DNA from: Orbicella franksi
Lineage: Eukaryota
Assembly: GCA_964199315.1 (NCBI GenBank)
Contig: OZ116707.1
Coordinates: 26,040,001 to 26,104,000 of the forward strand
Direction of reading: 5' to 3'
Length of the DNA stretch: 64,000 nt
This document shows, one piece after another, positions 24,073 through 33,960 of this stretch (position 1 is the first letter of the stretch; each line of letters begins with the position of its first letter). The translations under genes were made by a program, and so were the position numbers. The notes under the pieces were generated by a model. That model ran no database searches, had not been told where the DNA came from, and saw nothing but the letters and a program-made list of their open reading frames with translations.

Positions 24073-25023
24073 ATGGAAACGAATAACACATCATCAGCAA
24101 TACTCAGACCAACAGGGTCCATACTTCATATTAGCAAAGAGGAAGGATATTTCTGGTGTTCTCTGTTTATTCTTGAGGCGATCATCATCGTTGTACTCAA
24201 CATGTTTACGATTATCGTCTTTACCAAGGACCGCCATTTGCGCAAGCGCAGTACATATCTCCTAATCAACCTATCAGCGGCTGATGTCGGTGTGGGAGGA
24301 CTTGTTATACCAACTGCTGTTTTTCGTCGAGGGAACACTTATGGACTTTGGAATGTTGAGATGACTCATGCGTGGTTCATTTCCACATATGGAGTTGACA
24401 CACTGTTTTTTGGGTGTTCTCTTGCGTTTTTGGTCTCAATTTCAGTTGAGAGACTGTACGCTACAAGAAGTCCAATGAGGCATCGGTCTATGACAGGACT
24501 GACATACAAAATTTGGATTTCTTGCGTATGGGTCGCGTCTTTCATTTGCACAAGTGTCATAGTTTTATTCTTATTCTATGACATAATCGGGTTGCAGATT
24601 TGGTACATCGTGGCTTCATGCGTTTTTGTTTCGCTTTTAATTTTAACCTTTAGTTACTTCGCGATATTTGTTACAGTTCGATGCAGTGAACAACCCCAGC
24701 ACTCTCATCGCGGCCAGGCAAGGAAGGAACGAAGGCTTACTATGACACTGTTCATTGTCACGCTTGTCTCCTTGTCAGTGTGGATTCCGTACGTGCTTTT
24801 CACATTCCTAGAGTCTCATCTGTCACAGACATTTTCTGAAGAAACAGTTTTAAGAGCGCGAGGTGTTTCTGAGGCCTTGTTCTTTGCTAACTCCTTTGTA
24901 AATCCGATACTGTACACGATCAGGATGCCTCAGTTTGGAAAAGCGAGTATTAACTTGATTACCTGTGCTGGAAACGCTAGAGGTGGACGGACAACCTCAT
25001 TGTCGTCAGACACTGTACTCTGA
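24073..25023 (+). CDS. Class A GPCR, paralog 3 (316 aa), ends in DTVL
   Basis: Same 7TM motifs. Acceptor TATTGCAG ends at 24060 and the ATG at 24073 (METNNTS) is homologous to MATNNTS of paralogs 1 and 2. Confidence 0.94.
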   Translation: METNNTSSAILRPTGSILHISKEEGYFWCSLFILEAIIIVVLNMFTIIVFTKDRHLRKRSTYLLINLSAADVGVGGLVIPTAVFRRGNTYGLWNVEMTHAWFISTYGVDTLFFGCSLAFLVSISVERLYATRSPMRHRSMTGLTYKIWISCVWVASFICTSVIVLFLFYDIIGLQIWYIVASCVFVSLLILTFSYFAIFVTVRCSEQPQHSHRGQARKERRLTMTLFIVTLVSLSVWIPYVLFTFLESHLSQTFSEETVLRARGVSEALFFANSFVNPILYTIRMPQFGKASINLITCAGNARGGRTTSLSSDTVL

Positions 25024-25123
25024 GAGGGGACAAGTGACTTGACCTGGACATTCTGCAAGACGACCAACGGGCTATACACTCTGGCAGGGAATACTGTCGC
25101 TGCAAACTCTGGAAGTAGACAAT

Positions 25124-25490
25124 AAGGAGTTTACGAAACCACGACGGCAACGGCAACGGGAACGTCACTGAGCAAAAGAATTAATGAGCAGTACAGTGGC
25201 TGTGTAGGTGCGTTATAATTCTTGGTACATTTCTTTGCCGTCCTCTACAAGACAACAACATGAAATGACCAAATTTGGCATCGTCCAGAGAACGTGAACC
25301 ACGACGGCTAATTCTTTAAATTTTTATTTCAAACTTATTGCTGTGTTCCGGATTTAGTTTTGCGATATTTTTGACAGTGATAAACAAAGTAAATGACTTA
25401 AGAGTATCGTGAGATTCGTAGGTAAGATATAAATTCAGTTTTTAATCGACGTTGTCCTCGGCGTCGCCCTCGTGGTTTTGTAAACTCCCT
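25124..25490. mobile_element. MITE inserted into the GPCR3 3'-UTR minisatellite
   Basis: TIRs AAGGAGTTTACGAAACCACGACGGCAACG ... CGTCGCCCTCGTGGTTTTGTAAACTCCCT, with AAT on both flanks. A similar left end occurs near 41095. Confidence 0.8.
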
Positions 25491-25499
25491 AATTATTGT

Positions 25500-25780
25500 C
25501 ACGCAACACTCTGGGAGTGGACAAAAAGACGTACGCAGACGCTGTGACGGTGGACAAATAATTTTGGCTGAACACTGTTGGAGTGGACACTGAACAACTT
25601 ATGCTGGAAACTTTGGCAGTGGACAAACATTTTTGGCTGGACACTCTTGGAGTGGACACTGAGTTTTGCTGGAGACTATGGAAGTGGACAAATAGTTTTA
25701 GCCTCTTGTTTTAGCTGAACACTCTTAGGGTGGATAACTTGCTTTGATCACTCTTAGAGCGGACAAATAATTTGGATTGG
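25500..25780 (+). repeat. ~8 degenerate ~33-bp minisatellite units (consensus about ACACTCTTGGAGTGGACAAATAATTTTGGCTGG)
   Basis: Read directly from the sequence. More units lie at 24960-25123 before the MITE. Confidence 0.8.
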
Positions 25781-25905
25781 GAAAGGGTTTGGATCCAGTC
25801 GAGTTCCGTTCGACAAAAAAAACGTACAAGAACGGATAGCTTAGCATAGTTCATCGCCAATTTGTTTTACGTGATAAACGCGTGCTCGGTAACAGCTCAC
25901 TGCTT

Positions 25906-26047
25906 AGCTGTTATTACAGTTGAGTCTGCGGTCCAATATTCTTTTGCTTAAACAGGCATACAAACGAGGCGAATGGGTCAATACAAAGCAGAATTGACCC
26001 TTTCGCCTCGTTTGTATGTTAAACCTCTGAAAACTGTAATAACAGCT
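25906..26047. other. Nested inverted repeat with a 26-bp-stem hairpin
   Basis: Inner stem 25957-25982 / 25993-26018 (25/26 paired, 10-nt loop). Outer perfect 16-bp pair AGCTGTTATTACAGTT / AACTGTAATAACAGCT. Confidence 0.8.
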
Positions 26048-27998
26048 ATTGATCCAGTCATCCAAAAATTGTTGTGTTAATGCTACCTTTCAAATTTGGC
26101 CTGTAACGGCCACTTTTTCCGACCAGTGGCAAAGCATTATCCGTGTAAACGACCGGTAAAATCATCCGGCCGGTCTGTAACACTTTTTGACGGGTAGGTA
26201 CCCAATTTTCCACTCCTAACGGACTTAAATATTAGTTTGATAGCTTTGTGAAAAATATTTGTATTAAGCAGTTAAGTAATCGCGAGCGTACTGCATTTTA
26301 TGTCCCCGTTGATCAGGTTGAGGTCGATTTGCAGGCGGCTGAGGATTCTTTGTTGATTATTGGATAAGAATCCTTAGTTAACAAGAAACTTCTGTCAATC
26401 ATTTGCACGATGTTATCACGTGAAGTGCCCCGATGTTTTCCCTTAGATATTTCTTTCATCTAAGCGCAGAGGAAACACAACTGGTATTTGCTGGAAGAAA
26501 CTTGCACCAACCTTTCCTTGTGATACATGCATGTTAACCTGAAAAGTATCGGGAAATAAAATATTTATTGCGCGTAAAAATTATCTTGAAATAACAATTA
26601 ACCCATTCTTCAAGGTTCGCAAAAGGTTCTGGAACAAATCCGTTGCCGAGTTACTGCGGACCATATTCAGTTTAATTAGCAGAAACAAAGTGTACAACCA
26701 AAAATGAATTTCTATACCACAAATACAACGTGAAATGAATGAACTATAGGATATGTTGAAACTTTGTGAAGCATAATCTCCTATGCAGACCGTGACAAAC
26801 TTTCGGGTTAAACTACCGCTGAGTGATAATTAAAACGAATGTCTGCCAATATTTGGTACTTATAGTTGCACCTGCAGATGTTTCATTGGTATACAGAACA
26901 TTAAGGAAAACGCGAATGCAGAGTGCAATTTCTAAAAGAAAGCATTTGGTTCTGTAGAGGCCTTAGTGATCGAAAACGTACTGTCATTTTCTAAGACACA
27001 TTAGAGTGTCTATAGATTAAAAGATTTTAAGATTCCTCAACGCACCCTCATTCTCCCAGTCGTAGAGAAGTTTAAAAAAAAGCCCGGAAGCTCAGGTAAT
27101 CGAATTTGCAAAAGTGCTGTGAAAAGAATTAGCATGTCGTAGCAGGTTTTCTGAGACAGGTGATGGGTATCTGTAACTTCAGAGGCGGATTGGGCTCAAA
27201 CAACGGTTAGGTTTCATCTGTTATTGTTTGACATCCCTGAATTTCCATACTTATGTCTGAGAACCGTAATAGCATCCAGAAGCATAAATTAAACAAATTT
27301 ACGAACGAAAGACAAACATAATGTATAACGAGAAAGATAAAGTAGAATTGACGCGTTACGTTAAAAGTAAAAGAGAATTTTAATAAAAGAGTGGGTTTTC
27401 CCTTTTCTCAGTCCTGATTTTGTTCTCTATCTCAGAGGACGGCGTTTGAAAAAAATAATTAATTTTTGAAAAAGCGCTAAGAGCTTTAAGGAAAAGCCGG
27501 AAAAGTTTGCGAAAAGGAAGTGCCCCACTACAAAAATCCTACAACATGACGTCATCATAAATTACAGTTTTTTTCGTCAGAAGTCGTCTTAATAACGAAG
27601 CGCGCAAAGTCTACAAATTGAGTGCAAATTATCGGAACCCCGCAAGAGTCAGACAACATAAGCGTGTTCTGAGAGAAATAGAGGAAAATGAACACCAAAT
27701 TTTCGTTTTAAAAATTGTTCAAGGAGCACTTGCCTACGCGCTTGAAAAAGCGTCAAATCTTGTCATTCCGTTTTGTTTGTCTGAGTTTGTCTGAGTTATG
27801 ACGTCACTCGCGTGCTTCGCTATTGGACATGTCATAGGCCAATTAAGCCAGTAACGACTTAAGTTGTTATTGTTTGAAGTGACATCAATGACGTTAAGGT
27901 AAACATTCTCCTGTTGACATAATGTAAATAGAGCGCCGGAAATTTTCCGTTTTACTTCATGAAAAATAAACTGTGAGTAAAATATCTCATTCTCTGAA

Positions 27999-28976
27999 AT
28001 GTCGCTAGACGCCGTGAACAAGACCATGAATGGAACACAGCCATGGAGCTGCAAACAAATATATGACGCTGCAGCAACAAAGATCGGATTAACCTTTGTT
28101 TACTGCTTAATCTTTGTTGTTTCGTTGGCCGGAAACACTTTCATCGCAATGGTTGTCTTCAAGACGAACACCATGAGAAAGCCCATCAACGTTTTAATCG
28201 CAAACATGGCCATGTCCGATTTGTTGTTTCCGATTTGCCTGTTCCCGCGAATTGTAACGCGTTTGCACGTCGACTCCTGGTTAGTCAGTGGTCGTCTTGG
28301 CGAGGCCTTGTGTAAGCTGCTTACATTCTTAACCGATGTCTCCGGTGCTGTGTCAATTCAGAGCCTGGTCCTTATCGCAGTGGATCGATTTCAAGCTGTG
28401 GTTTTTCCTCTCCGTTCTCCTCTGATCAGTTCAAAGCGGTGCCCGTTCTTCATTCTCGCCACGTGGATGGTTGGGATAGCTACCTCCACCGCATATCTTT
28501 TTGCCTACAAGCTTGTGAAGAATCAGGGTCGGTTGGTTTGTGAGCTACGGTGGAAAGAAGCTTTTGGAGAGTCCTCGTCGTTTGCAAATTACATTTTACC
28601 AATGACTTTTGTATTCTTTTACATCCCGTTACTAGTGATAGCCATACTCTATCGCCTCATCTACTTAAAACTCAAAACACAGGTGATTCCAGGCGAGCAA
28701 ACGGCCATTGCTATACAACAACGACTGACAAGGGAAAGAAATGTGCTCAAGATAGCCATTGCTATTGTGTTAGGGTTTGCATTATGCTGGTTGCCCTACA
28801 GTTTCGCTTCCACTGTGCTCTTTGTATTTGGTGGCACACAGCAGTGTGGTTTCGTCTACTTCACTTTTGTTGCCGCAGTTATTGCTCACTCAAATTGTGC
28901 TATAAATCCTTCCATCTGCTTTATTTTCAGTCAAAATTATCGACAAGGTCTCAAGAATTTTTTAACAAGGTCTTGA
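27999..28976 (+). CDS. Intronless class A GPCR, neuropeptide-receptor-like (tachykinin/NPFF/QRFP/RYamide-type), 325 aa
   Basis: GN (TM1), MAMSD (TM2), C3.25 (ALCKL), DRF, TM4 Trp, ECL2 Cys (LVCEL), CWLP, NPSIC and helix 8 (FSQNYRQGL); N-terminal NKT and NGT sequons. Confidence 0.93.
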   Translation: MSLDAVNKTMNGTQPWSCKQIYDAAATKIGLTFVYCLIFVVSLAGNTFIAMVVFKTNTMRKPINVLIANMAMSDLLFPICLFPRIVTRLHVDSWLVSGRLGEALCKLLTFLTDVSGAVSIQSLVLIAVDRFQAVVFPLRSPLISSKRCPFFILATWMVGIATSTAYLFAYKLVKNQGRLVCELRWKEAFGESSSFANYILPMTFVFFYIPLLVIAILYRLIYLKLKTQVIPGEQTAIAIQQRLTRERNVLKIAIAIVLGFALCWLPYSFASTVLFVFGGTQQCGFVYFTFVAAVIAHSNCAINPSICFIFSQNYRQGLKNFLTRS

Positions 28977-29888
28977 GCACTCCAGTGCAAGGATCGAAAA
29001 AAAGAAAACGATCAACTGAAATTGGTTAAACTGAACATGTCTGCAATTGGATAATCTAAGCCACTTGTCAAAAAATAGTAAAATTTTAAAATATGATGCA
29101 TGCATGGTGATATATTTCTGCTCAGCAATTGTCGCGAATTAAGTCGAACGTAGAGGATCAAGAAAGATCTTAATTCATTTTAATTTAACATCCAATGTAG
29201 GTTCTCTTCAGTTGCCTAGCAAACATCAATGAAGACTGCAAGAAACTTGGAATAACAGTTTCATTTTGCAAGCTGTATATTTTAGTAAACTCAGTCCAGG
29301 CACCTGCGGCTTGTAAATGATAATTATTTTTAGAACTAGGTAACCGGATGGTGTACCAGCTCCTTCATTAAACGATGGCTTTATAATCATTTTGCCTTGT
29401 AGTTAATTATTTTAGTCTATAATTTTATTTAACTCGACTTTGCCACTTGTAATTAATACTTATTTTAAAAAAACGTCGTATTTGATTCAATGTGCTCTTG
29501 ACAACTTTGCAGAGTGCTTTTGAACTGTTCTTTACAAACATTATGTTGTTGTTGTTGTAATTCTAGTTGCAATTTTCCTAAATAAGGAACGGCAGTAGCA
29601 TGTGCAACAAATTTCTGCGCAGTGTTGCAAATTCAGTCCTTTTACACAGTCATTCGATTATGACCCACTTTTTTTATAACCTCCCTCATCTCGAGTACAA
29701 ATGACATACCAGTATATACACTCCTCGTCCCATCTTCAAAAACATGCAGCAACTTCTATCACCGGTCAGTAATAAACACTAATGTCTGGCCCCAAGGGAA
29801 ACAGTGAAAATTTCGCGAGACCCTCAATGTTGAGGGGTCGGGGGGAAACAAGACTAACTGTTTCCCGTGGGGTCAGTCATTAAGTGTT

Positions 29889-30149
29889 TTGTTATACCTC
29901 CCAACCCAAAAATAGAAAAAACTGCGAAAAAAATATCTTTGCTTGACGCCGGCTGACCGGTAAATTTGCCGCGGTTTCAAGGTGCACGACCTCATCACGT
30001 GGCAGTCGAAAATCCAAGTTGTTGTTTCCCTGAGGAGTTAAAGACTTTTGTTCGCCCAGGGGAGTTACAGCTGTATTAAGTTTTGACCCATGACACGTGA
30101 CACGTTCTCCTCCAGTCGGAAAACGTATTTGAGTTGGGAGGTATAACAA
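29889..30149. mobile_element. MITE-like element
   Basis: Perfect 17-bp TIRs TTGTTATACCTCCCAAC ... GTTGGGAGGTATAACAA. Confidence 0.7.
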
Positions 30150-30190
30150 TTTCCCATGTTTGACTCACTAGTATGCAAATCCCACATTTC

Positions 30191-31520
30191 TTTTTTTTTT
30201 TATGAAATGTATTTACTTCTCACACAGTTTACAGAGCTTAAACTACTTACAATGCTTACACAACAGTACTACACTATTTACGTCACTTACAAAGAGATGT
30301 ACTACAGATATAACCCTGCAACTCCTATACACTTTACTTACACTATATTATGGTAGCAATTATCACTGTGTTTTATCATGCAATAAAGATAAAAGCCACG
30401 AACAAGACTACGCCTGGCTTAAAGAAAAGAGTTACAATAAGAGAGAGTGAAAAGAAAAGGACGAAGCGGAGTGAAATTTATAGTAATTTTCCCCAGATGT
30501 CCAAGAATTTATGCAGCTTTCTTTGGACGGTGTAACTTTGCTTTAAAATATCAAGTTTGTCTTGGAGGCGAAGAAGAAAGTCTTCAAACCATAAGTTGCC
30601 ATCACATGAACTTGTCGAGAAGATATGGAATTTTGCGATAAGAATTAGAGTGACATTATTAAGTGCCTGTTTATTTTTGATGTTATTATGCCAACCGTAT
30701 AGGACGTGAGACTCATTCAAAATGACCACTTGTTTAAATTTCTGGTACCAGCAGTTGGTGAATCTATCCCAGAAAGCCAATAGATACTATACAGTGGTAC
30801 AGTAGGTGGTTTATTCTTTGTTTTTCAGTGGCGCATAAGGAGCAAATGTCTCTTTCAGTAATGCCAGCTCGAAAAAGGCTGGACTTGGTAGGTAAAATGT
30901 GGTCTATTATTTTAAACTGGAGGGCAGTTAATTTCGAATCTTTGGCTATTAAGAAAGGCAACGAGTACACTTTGTGGATGCTTTTTTTTAGAGAGACCGT
31001 AATTTAGAATTCTAGTCTCTGATGTCGGTGGACTTACGTTGTTACTTAGAAGTGTAGCGTAGGCTACACGGATCGACGGAAGGTCTTCAAGAGGGGCGTT
31101 TTGCATGGCGCAAGGGTGTTTTGATTTAGTATTTTCTTCCATTCTGTAGGGATGGCAGCGATGAGGCCATAGTAAAGTGCAAACGGAATATTGATGTTCA
31201 CTTTGCGAGTGAGTTCGTCCAGTGAGAGGAAGGTGTTATCGTCTTTTAAAAATTGTTTGATACGGATAATCCGAGCTTCAAATAAGGGTTTGAAAAGGAC
31301 TGGCCGGTCTCCGACCAGGATGCGACTATTATCGGCAGATGATTTTGTTTTGAATACAGTAATTCTCCGAAAATTTTTCAGCGTTGCATTCTTGCCAATA
31401 CTTAAGTTGCGTGTGGTAAAAAGGTGGAAGTGCAAATCCCACATTACTATGTTCAGCAGCAGAATATTAATTAAGCCTGAATATGATTTTCAAGATAATC
31501 AGCCTTATACATGTCCCGTG
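30191..31520 (-). mobile_element. 5'-truncated, frameshifted L1/Tx1-type non-LTR retrotransposon (3' end of ORF2 including the zf-RVT region, 3' UTR, poly-A)
   Basis: Minus-strand fragments LPPFYHTQLKYWQEC, FLSLDELTRKVNINIPFALYYGLIAAIPTEWKKIL, LQFKIIDHILPT...ICSLCATEKQRINHLLYHC and LILIAKFHIF...KFLDIWGKLL. TGTAAG-rich 3' UTR; poly-A is seen as the T run at 30191-30201. Confidence 0.88.
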
Positions 31521-33960
31521 TCACTGTAATAGTCTACAAAAGTGTACGAGAAAACTTTACCGCTGAGCTGGAAATCTTCAATGAGTACATTTCACAAATA
31601 ATATCTGAACTAATATTTAACACAAGCTTTAATTTGACTTGCTGACAAATTTAAAATCGGTTGAACAGTTTCGAATTTTCTGTCAATCCGTAATGATTAC
31701 TGTATCACCAATCAAAGAAACACCAATTGATCATGATATACCGTTAAGTTAAGTCAAAGATCTAGATTTATCTGAACAACATCCAAATGTACAGCTGTAC
31801 CGGTCTACGAGCTATGTGAATATGCCTAAAAAAATTATCATGTTCAATGGTGTATTGCGGAATGTTTAATGATCTCATTCGTCACAGAGAGTTGCCTTGG
31901 GCACAAAAGCAGTACGTTATGTTTAATATTTACCAAGACATAGGCATCGTTCTTCACTCTTCCTTGCTTTTTCACTATCTTCCTTTGTACGGTCTTGTAT
32001 ATCGTTGACATTCGTCAGTCTTAGAAACTATGGACTATATAATCTATCGATATATTGCTAAACCACAGAGCAGTTTTATAAGACCCGATGCGGATCATTA
32101 AGTTCTTGCCTAAGGGGACTCGCTGCTCCCTGCTAAACAACACAGTCAGATTGTGCGGGTTTTTGGTTGACTGTCAACCCATGGAACAATCTTTGACATT
32201 CTCGCACGAAGATCATTTATCACGTGTTAATCACAATGCTCTTAGCCAATCATATTGCGTTGTTTCCTATCTTGACAGCGAGTCTCTCAATAACATCCTC
32301 TTTAAATCAATAAAGGATATTAAATAAATCTGCGAGCTTTTTACTTTCCTCAAGCATACAGATGGTTCCTTGATCAACATCCATCACGCCGAGGAAGTCT
32401 TGAACATATGTCTTGACATACTTGAACGCGATCAGGTAAGACATGGGAGAATACACTCTCTCTGTTAATCATTAATCTATTTCCATGCTGTTATTGGGGT
32501 AAAGTTTAGAAGAGTTAAGCTAACCTGGGCATGCATGGCGAAGGCTTGGCTGGTTCTTTTAAATCACCACGTTATGGTCCGTGATCATGGCACTATATTT
32601 GTCAATCGCCAATAATCGCAGGGAATTCCTTTTCCCCAAGTTTTTATGTTCATTTAGCATTCGAAAGCGACCCTGAAGAGAAGGGAAGTTCTCAACTTAA
32701 ACTTATTTTAGAAAACCGAGAGAAAGTTTTTCAAACTTTGTGACTTGAATAACTCAATGTCTGCATACGCACAAGTTTTGCATAATAAATTCACTCTTTA
32801 GCATACGAAGCTAGGAGATGGATCAAGAAGGCATATGATTTAAACCTACAGTAACCGCTTTGTTTCACACGGTGAAGAATCAGTGAAGTTTGTGGAAGAA
32901 GCATTTGATATCAGTCACAACGTATTCCGAAATGCGCACAGACTGTTTTCCAGAAATATTTAATCAACTCTGTGACTACGGAAGACAAACGTTATGGATT
33001 TTAGACGGCTACGTCACGCTACGATGAATACTTTGATCAGTTTAGTACAAGCGAAACCTCAAAATTAAAGATGAGACGGTTTACAGATCGAATTCGAAGC
33101 ATAGATACTAAGCAATGAATACTGAACCGTTTGTAACCTTAATACTGTACAGAAAACCCATTTGTGTAGCCGTTCATATACTGATAGCTGTTAAGGAATA
33201 TTTTGTTTGTGTGTTATTTTTTTAAATTAACCTTGGGAAAAGGTTAATGATGCGTTATGGCTTTTTCATTTGCAAGTTTGATTTTTCCAATTATTTATGG
33301 GTAAGCATATTGAAAGATCTGAAAAACATTGTTTCGTTAGAGCTGTCAATCTCAGTATTGAAATGCCATTATATTTCATCTGTCAAGGACTGATCCCATG
33401 ATTATTGTAGTAGAAGTAAGAATCAGATCAAACGTTCAGGTGTTGGTAATTGAGATTTATTTATAACATGGTTATAGTTCAGGAAAGCGTACCCTATTGA
33501 GGCTGACCTCACTTGTTTTTCAATTTCTCGCCCACTTGCTGCTCACTCTGGATTCCCTAACAGGGCCTTCGATAGTAACAGGCAAATCGAGGCACTTGCC
33601 TCAGTCATTTGGTTTTGTTTTGGTTGTTTAAATCGGTAAATTACATGAAAATAATAACATGGTTTGTCAACATTTGCAACTGAAAACATGAATAATCAGC
33701 TATGAGATAATTTGTGCATTATTAATTTAATTTACGTTTCGTTCTAATATAAAGTATGAAGCCAAAACGCTACTCCAGAAATGCGTTTTTGAGATGTTTC
33801 ATCTACATTTAAGTTTTAATGTTGTCTAGATGTTGTAAAGATGGCCCTTTTCCCCCAGAGAATAATACTTTAAGATAAAACAAACTTTCAGAGGAAAAAA
33901 TCTCCGTCAGTTTCAGACGAAATCAGGAACAGCTCAGAGAGCATCAGACGGACACGTGGA

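Noticed and set aside
10328-24560. Recurrent antisense ORFs (MFPRRKTAVG…, MTLVQMKDATH…) in all three GPCR paralogs
   Set aside because: These are shadow frames of the conserved sense CDS; their recurrence is explained by the duplication.
25500-25780. Repeat-spacer-like pattern (GTGGACA recurring every ~33 bp) suggesting CRISPR
   Set aside because: The units are degenerate along their whole length with no unique spacers, there are no cas genes, and the context is eukaryotic. It is a minisatellite.
27547-27806. Two TGACGTCA (CRE) sites upstream of GPCR4
   Set aside because: The same octamer occurs repeatedly elsewhere in the window, often inside repeats, so the enrichment is not meaningful without conservation data.
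28550-29029. 159-aa overlapping ORF in another frame of GPCR4
   Set aside because: It has a non-ATG start and no recognisable features, and it overlaps a well-supported CDS.
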